A stretch of DNA of 64,000 bases, from assembly GCA_036794765.1 (NCBI GenBank), contig DAIRGB010000001.1, positions 11,752 to 75,751 on the forward strand, written 5' to 3'. Positions 16,093-29,417 of the stretch are shown piece after piece. A program made the position numbers and the translations under genes. The stretch comes from Patescibacteria group bacterium. Lineage in GTDB: Bacteria > Patescibacteriota > JAHJAL01. The notes beneath the pieces were generated by a model. It was not told the origin of the DNA. It saw only the letters and a list, made by a program, of their open reading frames with translations, and did no database searches. Position 1 is the stretch's first letter. Every line of letters begins with the position of its first letter.

Positions 16093-18249
16093 TTGATCAA
16101 GAGGATGGGTAAGCAAAAGAAAAATATTGATGGCATAAATATTGTCAGGCAAAAACGGGCTGTTCAAAAAAATAATTTTGAATGGCTGGTTTTGCTGCAA
16201 AAAAAATTGAATATATTGTGGTTAGGTGGCGTGGGATGGTTTAAGTCATTGTTTACTCGGAGAGAAAAGGTTCCAAAAAAAGAGTTGGCTAGCATGCAAT
16301 GGGATTTTTTTGAGATGCGTAGTTTTTTTGTTAAAAATTATTCATATTTGATTGTGGCTGTTTTGTTGATTGGTTTTGTTTCGTTGACAACTTACAATCT
16401 ATGGGGAGTTAAAAATAGGGTGGTGTCGGCGGCGGAGAATGGTGCGGATCGGATGAAGATGGGAGTTGAAGAGATGAAAAAAGAAAATTTTTCTCAAGCA
16501 GTTGAAGATTTTGCCGTGGCCAATAATGAGTTTTTGAAGATAAAACGAGAGTTGAATCGGGCTGGGCAGGATAGTAATTTTATGTCAAAGAGTTTACCGA
16601 AAGACGAATATGAAAACGTTACTAGAGCGGTTGATGGTTTAATTGCGATGAGTCGGGGTGCGAAGTTGTTGGCTTTGGGATTGCAGGAGATTACTGTATA
16701 TGCCAATGGAGATTTTTCTGGCTTGGTGGTGGGGATTTTGACCAACAAGGATGGTTCGGAGAATATTTTGCCGGTAGTGGATAAAGCAGGAGATTATTTT
16801 GCCAAATCAACACTTGAGTTGGAAAATGGTATTACTTTGTTTCGACAAATTGATGAGAATCGGGTGCCGGATGAATATAAAAAGTGGTTTGATTTGATCA
16901 AAAAGGATTCCCCGAGATATCTTAGTTTGTTGACTGGTGTTAATAGTTTTTTTGGTGATTTGGATACTTTGCTTGGTCGGGATGTGCCAGTAAATTATTT
17001 GTTGTTATTTCAAAATTATAATGAAATAAGACCTACGGGTGGATTTATCGGGAGTTATGGTCTGGCTGAGTTTCGAGGGGGCAAGATGACTGAGTTGGGT
17101 TTTGATGATATTTATAATCCAGATGGTCAAATGTTGGAAAAAATTGATCCACCTTACCCGATTTCAATGATGACAAAATATTGGGAGATGAGGGATAGTA
17201 ATTGGTATCCGGATTTTCCTAGTACGGCCAAAAATGCGGTGAAAATGTATGAAAAAGAAGGAGGTTTTACGGTTGATGGTGTAATTGCCTTTACGCCGGA
17301 GGTTGTTTCCAGATTTTTGGCTTTAACTGGTCCGGTGGAGATGCCTGGTTATGGTACAACCTTGGACGAACAAAATTTTACTCAGGAGATACAAAAAAAG
17401 GTGGAATTGGATTATGATCGAGTAGAAAATAAACCAAAGAAAATTTTGGGGGATTTGTTGCCGGTTTTGATAGATCGTTTAGCCAATTTGCCGGTTGAGA
17501 AGAAGGAAGGTTTTTGGCAAACAATGTTGGATTTATTGAGTGAAAAACATATACTAGTTTTTTCATTTAATCCGGAGATAGAAAAATTGATTATGGATAT
17601 TGGTTGGGCGGGGGAGATGAAAACAATTTCTTCCAATCAAGATTATTTAAATTTGATTCATGCCAATATTGGCGGACGAAAAAGTGATTTATTTATTCGA
17701 GAGGCTATAAAACATACTGTTAGTATTGATTCTGAAGGAAATATTGTCGTTGATTTGGAAATTACCAGGAAAAATACTGAAGATTGGTCTTGGCCCAATT
17801 ATTCCAACTATGATTATTTGAGAGTTTATGTGCCGGAGGGAAGTGAGTTGTTGGCGGTTGATGGTTTTGTTAATCCGGAAGGAATGATTATTGGTGAAGG
17901 TGATGTAATAAGTTATGATCAAAAATCAGGAGAAGCAGGCTTGGGTAATACAAAGGTTACAGTGGAAAATGGAAAGACTGTTTTCTCCAATTGGATGGTG
18001 ACGGATCCTTGGTCGGCCAGTGTGGCTCGATATCAATATAGGCTGCCATTTAAAGCGGGGGAAAAATATAGTCTATATTATCAAAAACAGTCGGGGAGAA
18101 AAGAAATTGATTATATGTTTAAATTTGTTCCCGGAAAACAAAATAAGGTTTTGGGATCAAATTTGAATATTGCAAATAACGCTGGAGATTATTTTTGGCG
18201 AGATACAGTAAAGAAGGATTTGGTGATTAGTTTTGATCTGTCAAAGTAA
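16093..18249 (+). CDS. Large membrane-anchored, exported hypothetical protein that belongs to the polysaccharide locus.
   Basis: 718 aa. One N-terminal transmembrane segment, LIVAVLLIGFVSLTTY. No catalytic motif I recognise. Confidence 0.45.
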   Translation: MIKRMGKQKKNIDGINIVRQKRAVQKNNFEWLVLLQKKLNILWLGGVGWFKSLFTRREKVPKKELASMQWDFFEMRSFFVKNYSYLIVAVLLIGFVSLTTYNLWGVKNRVVSAAENGADRMKMGVEEMKKENFSQAVEDFAVANNEFLKIKRELNRAGQDSNFMSKSLPKDEYENVTRAVDGLIAMSRGAKLLALGLQEITVYANGDFSGLVVGILTNKDGSENILPVVDKAGDYFAKSTLELENGITLFRQIDENRVPDEYKKWFDLIKKDSPRYLSLLTGVNSFFGDLDTLLGRDVPVNYLLLFQNYNEIRPTGGFIGSYGLAEFRGGKMTELGFDDIYNPDGQMLEKIDPPYPISMMTKYWEMRDSNWYPDFPSTAKNAVKMYEKEGGFTVDGVIAFTPEVVSRFLALTGPVEMPGYGTTLDEQNFTQEIQKKVELDYDRVENKPKKILGDLLPVLIDRLANLPVEKKEGFWQTMLDLLSEKHILVFSFNPEIEKLIMDIGWAGEMKTISSNQDYLNLIHANIGGRKSDLFIREAIKHTVSIDSEGNIVVDLEITRKNTEDWSWPNYSNYDYLRVYVPEGSELLAVDGFVNPEGMIIGEGDVISYDQKSGEAGLGNTKVTVENGKTVFSNWMVTDPWSASVARYQYRLPFKAGEKYSLYYQKQSGRKEIDYMFKFVPGKQNKVLGSNLNIANNAGDYFWRDTVKKDLVISFDLSK

Positions 18250-18352
18250 TGATTTTTCCCGGTAATTAAGTTGTTTTTAGTATTATTTTTCGGTAGAATG
18301 GTCTTATGACCTTAATTTATGTTTAGGGATATTATTTTTTTATTTTTGATAG

Positions 18353-20347
<1,995 letters not shown>

Positions 20348-20352
20348 ATTAG

Positions 20353-22914
20353 TTGATTAAGATATTTTTAAATATGTCAAAGAAAGAAAGAAAACAAGAT
20401 AGTATGGAGAAGTTGGATCTGAAAGCAGAAGTGGGATATTTGCGGGAAGTGAATCTGGTTAACGAAATGGAGACTTCGTATCTTAATTATGCGATGAGCG
20501 TAATAGTGTCGCGTGCGTTGCCTGATGTGAGGGATGGTTTGAAACCTGTTCATCGACGAATTCTTTACGCCATGAATGAAATGGGACTTAAACATACAGC
20601 TAAGTTTAAAAAGTGCGCGGCGATTGTCGGTGATGTTATGGGAAAATATCATCCTCATGGAGATATGGCTATTTATGATAGTTTGGTTCGAATGGCTCAG
20701 CCTTGGTCATTGCGTTATCCATTGGTGTTTGGGCAGGGAAATTTTGGTTCGATGGATGGAGATAGTCCGGCGGCGCAAAGGTACACCGAAGCCAAGATGC
20801 AGAAAATGGCTGATATGTTACTCAATGATATTGATAAGGATACGATTGATTGGCGAGACAATTATGATGGAAGTCGGCAGGAGCCCAAGGTTTTACCTTC
20901 AAGATTGCCAAATTTGTTATTAAATGGCTCTAGCGGTATAGCTGTGGGTATGGCGACAAATATTCCGCCGCATAATTTGGCAGAAATAGTCGATGCAACC
21001 ATATATTTGATTGATAATCCAGAAGCAACGATCGATGAGTTGATGGAATTTGTCAAAGGTCCTGATTTTCCGACTGGAGGAGCGATATTTGGCTATGAGG
21101 ATATCAAAAATATTTATGCTACTGGTAGAGGTAAAGTTGTTATTAGAGCAATTGCTGAGATTATCGATAATGATAAAGGAAAGAAACAAATAATTATTAA
21201 AGAAATTCCTTATACAGTTAATAAAGCCGCTTTGGTAGAAAAAATTGCGGATTTGGTTAAAGAAAAAAAGATTGTTGGAATTGCGGATTTGCGTGATGAG
21301 TCGGATAAGGATGGGGTAAGGGTAGTAGTTGATTTAAAAAAAGAAGCTTATGCCAATAAAATACTGAATCAGTTGTATAAGATGACGCCGATGCAAACAT
21401 CTTTTGCGGCAAACATTTTGGCTTTGGTGGATGAGATACAGCCCAAGGTTTTAACTCTTCCAATGGTTTTGGGTTATTTTATTGAACATAGAAGGACTGT
21501 AGTTATTAGAAGAACAAAATTTGAGTTGGCCAAGGCTGAGGATCGAGCGCATATATTGGAAGGTTTGAAGAAAGCCTTGGATCATATTGATGAAGTTATT
21601 AAAACAATCAGGGCTTCTAAAACCAAAGAGGATGCCAAGGTAAATTTGATTAAAAAATTTGAATTAACGGAAAAACAGGCAGATGCTATTTTGGAAATGA
21701 GGTTGCAAACTTTGGCTGGATTGGAGAGGCAGAAGATTCTGGATGAATTGGAAGAAGTATTGAAGTTGATAAAAAAATTAAAAGAGTTGTTGGCATCAGA
21801 AAAAAAGATCATGGCAGTGGTAAAGAAGGAGTTGACCGAAGTAAAAGAACAGTTTGGTGATCCACGTTTGACAAAGGTATATAAAAATCCTTTGGGTAAA
21901 TTGGAGAATGAGGCTTTGATACCAAATGAGCAGGTACTAGTGTCTTTAACAAAGGGTGGTTATATAAAACGTCTTCCGAGTAATACATATAAAGTTCAGA
22001 ATCGAGGAGGGAAAGGGGTTACTGGAGGGGCCTTGAAAGAGGAGGATATTTTGGATGATTTTCGTGTAACTTACAATCATGATGATATTTTGTATTTCAC
22101 TACTGCTGGTCGGGTGTTTAAAGGGAAGGTTTATGAAATACCTTTGGCTTCCAGACAAGCGAAGGGAACGGCGATAGTGAATTTATTGAATTTGGCAGCG
22201 GATGAACGAGTGTCGGGTTTGGTGACGATTGCTGATTATCGAAGAGGTAAATATCTTATGATGGCAACCAAGTCGGGAACGATCAAAAAAACAGAATTGA
22301 GATATTTTAAAAAGGTGCGCAAAAGTGGTTTGATTGCGATTAAACTTCGAGATAAGGATGAGTTGCGGTGGGTTAAGGTGACCGAAGGGACGGATCAGGT
22401 AATGATGGTGACAAAAAAAGGACAAGCAATTAGATTCAATGAAAGTGATGTACGGGGAATGGGGAGGACAGCGGCAGGGGTGAGAGGAATAAAATTGAGA
22501 ACGGGTGACGAAGTGGTGTCGATGAATTTGGTGGTTCCAGGTAAAGGTGGATTTATTTTGGTAATGACTGAAAATGGGTATGGAAAAAGGACGTATCTGA
22601 GTGGTTACAAAGTGCAAAATCGAGGGGGTTTGGGGATAAAAACAGCAAAGGTTATCAAGAAAAATGGAGAAATTGTGAAGGCGGAGGTAATGGATAAAGA
22701 TTTGGATATTGATTTGATTGCGGTTTCTATCCATGGTCAGGTTATTAGGACGCCATTATCCAGTATCAGATTGATGGGTAGAGCTACTCAGGGAGTGATC
22801 GTGATGCGGATGAAAAAAGGTGACAAGTTGGCATCTGTGACTGCCTTTAGTGATTTGGACAAAGAGGTAGAAAGGCAAAGGAGTGTTCATGGAGTTCCCG
22901 TTGAGACAAAATAA
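20353..22914 (+). CDS. gyrA: DNA gyrase subunit A. An alternative start is the Met at 20374, MSKKE.
   Basis: [34 protein letters not shown]. The active-site Tyr region. C-terminal beta-pinwheel repeats. Confidence 0.9.
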   Translation: MIKIFLNMSKKERKQDSMEKLDLKAEVGYLREVNLVNEMETSYLNYAMSVIVSRALPDVRDGLKPVHRRILYAMNEMGLKHTAKFKKCAAIVGDVMGKYHPHGDMAIYDSLVRMAQPWSLRYPLVFGQGNFGSMDGDSPAAQRYTEAKMQKMADMLLNDIDKDTIDWRDNYDGSRQEPKVLPSRLPNLLLNGSSGIAVGMATNIPPHNLAEIVDATIYLIDNPEATIDELMEFVKGPDFPTGGAIFGYEDIKNIYATGRGKVVIRAIAEIIDNDKGKKQIIIKEIPYTVNKAALVEKIADLVKEKKIVGIADLRDESDKDGVRVVVDLKKEAYANKILNQLYKMTPMQTSFAANILALVDEIQPKVLTLPMVLGYFIEHRRTVVIRRTKFELAKAEDRAHILEGLKKALDHIDEVIKTIRASKTKEDAKVNLIKKFELTEKQADAILEMRLQTLAGLERQKILDELEEVLKLIKKLKELLASEKKIMAVVKKELTEVKEQFGDPRLTKVYKNPLGKLENEALIPNEQVLVSLTKGGYIKRLPSNTYKVQNRGGKGVTGGALKEEDILDDFRVTYNHDDILYFTTAGRVFKGKVYEIPLASRQAKGTAIVNLLNLAADERVSGLVTIADYRRGKYLMMATKSGTIKKTELRYFKKVRKSGLIAIKLRDKDELRWVKVTEGTDQVMMVTKKGQAIRFNESDVRGMGRTAAGVRGIKLRTGDEVVSMNLVVPGKGGFILVMTENGYGKRTYLSGYKVQNRGGLGIKTAKVIKKNGEIVKAEVMDKDLDIDLIAVSIHGQVIRTPLSSIRLMGRATQGVIVMRMKKGDKLASVTAFSDLDKEVERQRSVHGVPVETK

Positions 22915-22929
22915 TATTTTAAGGAAAAT

Positions 22930-25047
22930 ATGAGTGTCAAGATTTCGGATTTAGCGAAAAAATTGGGTTTGGAAATTAAGGCTTTGCGAAGTCAGATAAA
23001 GGATATGCATTTGGGGGTTAGCGAACGAGCCAATGTTTTTCGCGATGAATTGGCGATGGAGATTGAACGACGGATAAAGAAAGACGAGGTAATAAGTAAT
23101 AGTGGCAAAGAGAATGTGTTATTGAAAAAGAAGGTGGAGAAGGATATGTCCGAGGGTGTTCAAGTTGTTTCAAGTGAGGAAAATGAAACTGATTTTGGGG
23201 AAGAGATGCAAAGTGAAGTTCTTGATGTATTGGAAACAAAAAATGATGAGTTTGAAAATGAGTCGGATTTACCAAGGAAACCTCAAGTTGAGATACCGCC
23301 ATTGGTAACGGTAGGTGAATTTGCGGCGCGGATGAATATTGGTGTGTCGGATGTGATAAAAGAACTGATGAAAAACGGTATTTTGGCAAATATAAATGAA
23401 CATATAGATTTTGATACTGCTACCATAATTGGTGAAGATCTTGGTTTTGAGGTGACTTTATGTCAAAACAACGGTAATGATTTGGAAAGTTGTTTGGTTG
23501 ACGAAAATAGATACGATAAAAAATATTTTCAGACAAGACCTCCGATTATTACGGTAATGGGTCATGTTGATCATGGTAAGACTTCGATTTTGGATCGTAT
23601 TCGCAAGGCAGATGTGGTAGCTAAGGAATCCGGGGGGATTACTCAACACATGGGAGCTTATCAGGTTAAGAAAAATGGTAGAACAATTACTTTTTTGGAT
23701 ACTCCGGGTCATAAAGCCTTTTCGGCTATGAGGGCACATGGGGCGAAATTGACTGATATCGCGGTTTTGGTAGTGGCGGCTGATGACGGAGTAAAACCAC
23801 AGACAATTGAGGCTATTAATCATGCTAGGGCTGCGGGTGTACCAATAATTGTGGCTATCAATAAAATTGATAAACCGGAAGCCAATATTGATAAGGTAAA
23901 AAGAGAATTAGCTGATTTTAATCTTTTGCCGGAGGAATGGGGTGGAAATACGATTATGGTTTTGACTTCGGCCAAGAGTGGTGAGGGTATTGATGAATTA
24001 TTGGAGATGATTTTACTGGTTGCTGACGTGGAAGATTTGAAAGCTTATCGTGAAGGTCCGGCACAAGCGTTGGTGATTGAAGCTCATCTGAGTAAAAGGG
24101 TTGGTCCGGTGGCAACGGTAATGGTTACTCAAGGTTGTTTGCATGTCAGAGACAGTATAATTGTTGGTACGGTTGATGGTGTGGTGCGAGCAATGGTTGA
24201 TCAATATGGAGAAAGGATTTCCAAAGCATATCCGGCTGATCCGGTGCGGATCGCTGGTTTGCACGATGTGCCCGAGTTTGGTGATACTTTGTATGTAGTA
24301 AATAATTTGAAAGAAGCGAAGAATATTGTTCTCAGTCGTCGAAAAAGTATGATGACAAAGGGATTTACTCCCAAGACGGTTGGCATGGCCGAGTTGTCTC
24401 AGGCAGTAAGAGAAGGAAAAATAAATGTTTTGCCGGTAATTCTTAAAACGGATGTTCAGGGTTCTTTGGAAGCAATCAGGAGTTCTTTGCAAAATTTACA
24501 TAACGATGAGGTAAAAGTAGAAATTCTTCATGAAGCAGCGGGTTTGGTAAATGAATCTGATATAATGATGGCGGCCAGTTCCAATGCTTTGATTTTGTCT
24601 TTTAGGGCCAATATTGAACCTAGCGCCTTGAAATTGGCCAAGAAGATGGGGATAAAGATTTCTTCTTATGATGTGATTTATCGTTTGCTTGATGATGTGA
24701 CAGCTGCGTTGGAGGGTTTATTGAAACCGGAAATTGTAAAAGTAAAAGTTGGCAAGGGTAAGGTGTTACGCGTTTTTACTCATGGGAAAAAATTCAGAGT
24801 GATAGGGGTTGGGGTAACTAGTGGTTTGGCAGAAAAGGGTTTGGAGGTAATTGTTTTTCGAGATGGAAAAAAGGTTGGTGAAGGAAAGATAGACGGTTTA
24901 AAGAAAGGAACAGAATCGGTAGATAAAGTCGCTGAAAAAAATGAATGTGGTTTGGGATTGGCTGGAGATATCAAGGTTGAGGAGGGTGATAGTTTGGAAT
25001 TTTGGAAATCTGAATCTAGAGTGCGCCGTTTGTCTGAATTGGAATAG
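22930..25047 (+). CDS. infB: Translation initiation factor IF-2.
   Basis: G domain GHVDHGKTSILD, DTPGH, NKID. Domain order typical of IF-2. Confidence 0.9.
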   Translation: MSVKISDLAKKLGLEIKALRSQIKDMHLGVSERANVFRDELAMEIERRIKKDEVISNSGKENVLLKKKVEKDMSEGVQVVSSEENETDFGEEMQSEVLDVLETKNDEFENESDLPRKPQVEIPPLVTVGEFAARMNIGVSDVIKELMKNGILANINEHIDFDTATIIGEDLGFEVTLCQNNGNDLESCLVDENRYDKKYFQTRPPIITVMGHVDHGKTSILDRIRKADVVAKESGGITQHMGAYQVKKNGRTITFLDTPGHKAFSAMRAHGAKLTDIAVLVVAADDGVKPQTIEAINHARAAGVPIIVAINKIDKPEANIDKVKRELADFNLLPEEWGGNTIMVLTSAKSGEGIDELLEMILLVADVEDLKAYREGPAQALVIEAHLSKRVGPVATVMVTQGCLHVRDSIIVGTVDGVVRAMVDQYGERISKAYPADPVRIAGLHDVPEFGDTLYVVNNLKEAKNIVLSRRKSMMTKGFTPKTVGMAELSQAVREGKINVLPVILKTDVQGSLEAIRSSLQNLHNDEVKVEILHEAAGLVNESDIMMAASSNALILSFRANIEPSALKLAKKMGIKISSYDVIYRLLDDVTAALEGLLKPEIVKVKVGKGKVLRVFTHGKKFRVIGVGVTSGLAEKGLEVIVFRDGKKVGEGKIDGLKKGTESVDKVAEKNECGLGLAGDIKVEEGDSLEFWKSESRVRRLSELE

Positions 25048-25112
25048 TATTAAAATTTATTTCGAATTATTATTTTACCCGATTAAATAATTCTAAGGCG
25101 GGTTGTTGTTGT

Positions 25113-27380
25113 ATGAGTCTTGAGAAAATAAATTTTGTTTCTTTGGATTTGGAAACCACTGGATTGGATTCAAAAAAGGATTCAATAATCGAGGTTGGTT
25201 TGGTTCGTTTTGATTGGCGGGGAAAAATCTTGGATCGTTTTTCTTCTCTGGTATATTTTGATGGGGAGTATTCTGATTTGGTTGAATCGTTAACGGGTAT
25301 TTCCGGACGGGATTTATTGTTGGCGCCACATTGGGAGGAGATAAAAAGAGAAATTATTAAATTTGTAAAGGATGAAGATGTTTTAATAGGCCATAATATT
25401 AATTTTGATTTAAGTTTTTTATCTAGTTTTGGGATAAATTGGTTTGGTCGAAAAAATTTGGATAGTTGGTATTTGGCTACGATATTGATAAGCAACGCTA
25501 GATCATATTCTTTGGAATATTTATTGAAGATTATTGGCAAAGAGTATCAAGCTCATCGAGCACTGGATGATGCTGAAGCGGTAGTTGATTTGTATGTGTA
25601 TTGGCAAGCAGAATTGAGTAAAGTTTCAGATAAGGTGTTTGATTTGTTGCAAAAAATTGCCGTCGGTAGTAATTTGCCGGAGGGGATTTTGTACGATTTG
25701 GAAAAATTGCGAAGGAGAAGTGAAGGAGTGGTGGTTAAAATTAATAAGAATAGAGAGGAAGTATTTATAAATACAAGGGTTGAGAAAGAGTTGGATAAAA
25801 CGGATGTTGGGCAGGGTATGAATTATTTGTCAATGAATTTTCGGGAGTTGTTGAAGAGTAAACAAAAATCGGGAGTGGTAGTTGTTGGTTCTTTTTTATG
25901 GAATCATTTTATTCGAACGTTTGATTCTCGAAGGTATGATTTAATCAAATTTGATCGAAGAGATAAATTTTTATGCAAAAATTTTTGGCGAGGTTTGTAT
26001 AAAAAAACTTCTTATTCTGTTTGTGAAGCCAGAGTAGTAATAAAGATACTTTTGAAAATTGATCGGGGATATTGGGATGGATATTTGGAAGACATAATGT
26101 GGTTTAACGAGGAGAGGGATTTGGCGTTTGGACTTGGTTGTCGTGAGACTGAGGATGGACATGATTGTTATTTTGATAGAAAAATTAGAAATATTTTGCG
26201 CACAGATAGTGGTGTGATTTTACCGGCAACAATAGTTGAACAGGCGAAAGTGCTAGGCAAAAAAAGGATTTCTATTTTTTCAGAAGATCCTTTGTTGGAA
26301 GATGGTCTAACTGATTTGACCGGTTTGATCTATGATCGGGATAGCTGGACATTTGATTGCAGGCAAATAGTTGATTTGGTAGAAAAAATGAGATTGCAGA
26401 AGAAAAAAGTCAGATCAATAACTGAGTGGATGGAGAAGATGGAATTGTTGTGGAGGGGGCTGTGGTTGCTGGTTAGATCGCATGGACAAAAAGAGGAAAA
26501 TAAAATCCGATTGGAATTAACGACTGCGGTGATGGCAGAAATTTCTTTTCAGAATTTGTCAAAGCAGTGGGCAAATATTATTTCGCGTTATTCAGAGGTT
26601 TTTGAGGAATTGGAGCGGGAAAAGTTGGGCGGGGGCATAAAGAGAGTTTTTGATAATACTTTTACGTCGAGTGATTGGTTAACTTCAATTGTTGAATATG
26701 GAAGTGGATATTGGCGTTTGGAATTGAAAAGAAAAAAATTCAATGAGTGGATATTGGATTTATTAAAGGACTATTCGGTTATTAATTTGATTAATTTTTT
26801 CCCTGTTTCAAGTAATAATTATTTTTGGAGTTTGTTGGGATTTCACAAAGTGAATATATTGAATAACTCCAAACCGGAAATTCGGGCTAAAATAGAAAAT
26901 ATTTCTTGGGTAAAGTTTAGACAAAATATTGATTGGAAAAATTTGAATAGTCAATTGATAGTTTTTAATTCAAAATCTGATATGTCTGTTGCGTTGGAGG
27001 GTTTACGGGAAGAAAAAAAGGAGGGGAAGATATTTGAATTGGGAACAAAAAGGGGAGCTTGGTATTTTGATTTGTGTCAGGAAAATTTTCAAGGAGTGGT
27101 TTTAACCTCTTATGCAAATTTGGGCGAGTTGGGTGTTTTGGAAAAAAAATTTGACATAATATATTTAGATCGATTACCTTTTGATTATCCAAATAAGTTT
27201 GTATTAGCATCGAGAGCATATGAGTGGCAGGATGATTATTTTAATGATTATTTTTTGCCAAGGATGTATCAGAAGTTGTATTATGTTTCTACTTTATTAA
27301 AGCCGGAAGGAAAGTTTTTTTTGGGGGATGATAGGTGGATAAAGAAAAATTATGTTAGCAAAAGTAACAAAAAGATATGA
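25113..27380 (+). CDS. DEDD (DnaQ-like) 3'-5' exonuclease domain fused to a C-terminal region of about 580 aa with unknown function.
   Basis: Exo I FVSLDLETTGLD. Exo II GHNINFDLSFL. Exo III HRALDDAEAV. The remaining ~580 aa lack Walker motifs. Confidence 0.6.
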   Translation: MSLEKINFVSLDLETTGLDSKKDSIIEVGLVRFDWRGKILDRFSSLVYFDGEYSDLVESLTGISGRDLLLAPHWEEIKREIIKFVKDEDVLIGHNINFDLSFLSSFGINWFGRKNLDSWYLATILISNARSYSLEYLLKIIGKEYQAHRALDDAEAVVDLYVYWQAELSKVSDKVFDLLQKIAVGSNLPEGILYDLEKLRRRSEGVVVKINKNREEVFINTRVEKELDKTDVGQGMNYLSMNFRELLKSKQKSGVVVVGSFLWNHFIRTFDSRRYDLIKFDRRDKFLCKNFWRGLYKKTSYSVCEARVVIKILLKIDRGYWDGYLEDIMWFNEERDLAFGLGCRETEDGHDCYFDRKIRNILRTDSGVILPATIVEQAKVLGKKRISIFSEDPLLEDGLTDLTGLIYDRDSWTFDCRQIVDLVEKMRLQKKKVRSITEWMEKMELLWRGLWLLVRSHGQKEENKIRLELTTAVMAEISFQNLSKQWANIISRYSEVFEELEREKLGGGIKRVFDNTFTSSDWLTSIVEYGSGYWRLELKRKKFNEWILDLLKDYSVINLINFFPVSSNNYFWSLLGFHKVNILNNSKPEIRAKIENISWVKFRQNIDWKNLNSQLIVFNSKSDMSVALEGLREEKKEGKIFELGTKRGAWYFDLCQENFQGVVLTSYANLGELGVLEKKFDIIYLDRLPFDYPNKFVLASRAYEWQDDYFNDYFLPRMYQKLYYVSTLLKPEGKFFLGDDRWIKKNYVSKSNKKI

Positions 27381-28711
27381 ATAAAATAAATCAACAGTAT
27401 GAAGGTTTGATGGTGGTTTTGGTTGGCAAAACCAACGTAGGTAAATCGTCTTTATTTAATCGTTTGAGCGGTGAAGGAAAGGCGGTTGTTTGCGAAGAGC
27501 CTGGCACGACCAGAGATCGGGTAATTTCAGAGGTAGTTTGGCAGGCAAATTCGTTTTGGTTGATGGATACCGCTGGTTTATTGAAAGGATTGGGTGATGA
27601 AGAATTGAAAAAATCGATTGAGGCTCAGATAGATGAAGTGTTGGAGGAGGCGGATGTTTTGTTGTGGGTGGTTGATGGTCAGCAAGGAATAGGGGAAGAG
27701 GATTTGGCGGTTTGGCATCGGATTAAAAAAATGTCAAAAAAAGTAGTATTGGTAGTGAACAAAATTGATTCTCATAAAAAAAAGGAATTGGCTTTACAAG
27801 AAAGAAAAATTGCTTTGTCGGAGAAATATTTTGTATCTGCTAAAAATGGTTTGGGTATTGGTGATTTATTAGATTATTTGGTGGTGTGTTCACAGAAAAA
27901 GAGTTTTGTAAAATTGGATGAAAAAAAGTTTTCGACTAAGATGTGTATCGTTGGTCGGCCCAATGTGGGAAAATCAACTTTGACAAATAATTTGTGTGGT
28001 TTCGAGAGGATGGCGGTGAGTAATAAAGCTGGAACTACCAGGGATGTTGGAGAGGTGGTGATTGAATATGGTATGGAAAAAATTTTATTGATGGATACTG
28101 CGGGTTTGAGAGCAAAGGGTAAGGCTAGTAAATTCGAGATTGAAAAATATAGTGTTATTAGAGCGATCAAAGCAATGGAAATGGCTGATATTGTAACGGT
28201 CGTGATTGAAGCAGTTGAAGGGTTAACTCATCAGGACATGGTGATTTTGTCGATGGCTAGTGAGATGAATAAGGGAATAGTTTTGTTTGTTAATAAATGG
28301 GATTTGGTTGAAGATAGTGAAAAACAAAGGGATAGATTTTTGGAAAAATTACGTCGAAAATTGGGTTGGATGTGGTGGATTCCGTTGGTATTTGGTTCAG
28401 CTAAAAACAAGATGAATTTGAATTTTTTGTTGGAGAAGGTACTTGATGTGAATAAAAATTATACTTGTTGGTTAAATGAAGAAGTATTAAATAATTTGGT
28501 TTTGGATATCAAAGCTGCAGACACAAGAATGAAAGTTATTGGTTTAACAGATATTAAACAAACAAAAACAAGCCCACCGAGATTTGCGGTGGGGGTAAAA
28601 AAGATTGGTTTGGTGAGATACGAAGAGGAAAGAATGCTAAAGAATTATATTAGAGAAGCTTTTGGATTGTATGGGATTTCGTTGCAAATAAGATTCTGGG
28701 AAAATAAGTGA
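27377..28711 (+). CDS. der: GTPase Der (EngA), which has two tandem GTPase domains.
   Basis: GKTNVGKSSLFNR, DTAG and NKID in the first domain. GRPNVGKSTLTN, DTAG and NKWD in the second. C-terminal KH-like domain. Confidence 0.9.
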   Translation: MNKINQQYEGLMVVLVGKTNVGKSSLFNRLSGEGKAVVCEEPGTTRDRVISEVVWQANSFWLMDTAGLLKGLGDEELKKSIEAQIDEVLEEADVLLWVVDGQQGIGEEDLAVWHRIKKMSKKVVLVVNKIDSHKKKELALQERKIALSEKYFVSAKNGLGIGDLLDYLVVCSQKKSFVKLDEKKFSTKMCIVGRPNVGKSTLTNNLCGFERMAVSNKAGTTRDVGEVVIEYGMEKILLMDTAGLRAKGKASKFEIEKYSVIRAIKAMEMADIVTVVIEAVEGLTHQDMVILSMASEMNKGIVLFVNKWDLVEDSEKQRDRFLEKLRRKLGWMWWIPLVFGSAKNKMNLNFLLEKVLDVNKNYTCWLNEEVLNNLVLDIKAADTRMKVIGLTDIKQTKTSPPRFAVGVKKIGLVRYEEERMLKNYIREAFGLYGISLQIRFWENK

Positions 28712-29392
28712 CAGATTGTATTTGGGCGTTATCAACCAAGTGGCGTCTTTAATTGGCCAATAAGTGAATAGTGCGCGGCCGAGGATAGATTTGTAGGGAA
28801 TGGATCCGATTACGCGTGAGTCTTGAGAATTGGTGCGATTGTCGCCCATGACGAAAACTTCATTTTCTTTGACGAGAACTTCTTCTTCTCCATTGGTAGG
28901 GGTGTCAGGTGAGAGATATATTTCTTCAATAGACTCGAGATTGGCGTCGGCACTATTTTTGATATAAACCTTTCCGTTTTTAATGACTACGGTTTCTCCA
29001 GGTAGTCCGATGACACGTTTGATGAAATTTACACTTGGTTCACCTGGTTTTTGGAAAATTACAATTTCACCTCGATGCGGGGAACGGAAATGGTAGCTTA
29101 GTTTGTCAACCAGTAACATTTCTTTGTCGTGGAGAGTTGGTTCCATGCTTTGGCCGTCAACAATGAAAAGTTGGAAGAGAAATGTTTTGACTAAATAGAC
29201 GACGATGATTACGGTCAGTGCGGTCTGGACCATTTCCCAGATAAACTCGGCAATATTTTTTAGGTTGTTTTTTTGATTATTTTGCATAGTTTGTTTATTG
29301 AAATATAAGTCGAATAGTTCATATATAATTATAATAAATTGAGGCAGGAATAACAGGATTTTACATAATATTGATTGGGATTTGGTTTTCAA
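28637..29392 (-). CDS. lepB: Signal peptidase I. An alternative start is the internal Met at 29287.
   Basis: Active-site Ser region VDGQSMEPTL. Box D/E GDNRTNSQDSRVIGSIPYKSILGRA. N-terminal transmembrane segment. Confidence 0.8.
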   Translation of the reverse strand: MKTKSQSILCKILLFLPQFIIIIYELFDLYFNKQTMQNNQKNNLKNIAEFIWEMVQTALTVIIVVYLVKTFLFQLFIVDGQSMEPTLHDKEMLLVDKLSYHFRSPHRGEIVIFQKPGEPSVNFIKRVIGLPGETVVIKNGKVYIKNSADANLESIEEIYLSPDTPTNGEEEVLVKENEVFVMGDNRTNSQDSRVIGSIPYKSILGRALFTYWPIKDATWLITPKYNLSLIFPESYLQRNPIQSKSFSNIIL

Positions 29393-29417
29393 AAGAGATT
29401 AAAAAAAGTCAGAAATT

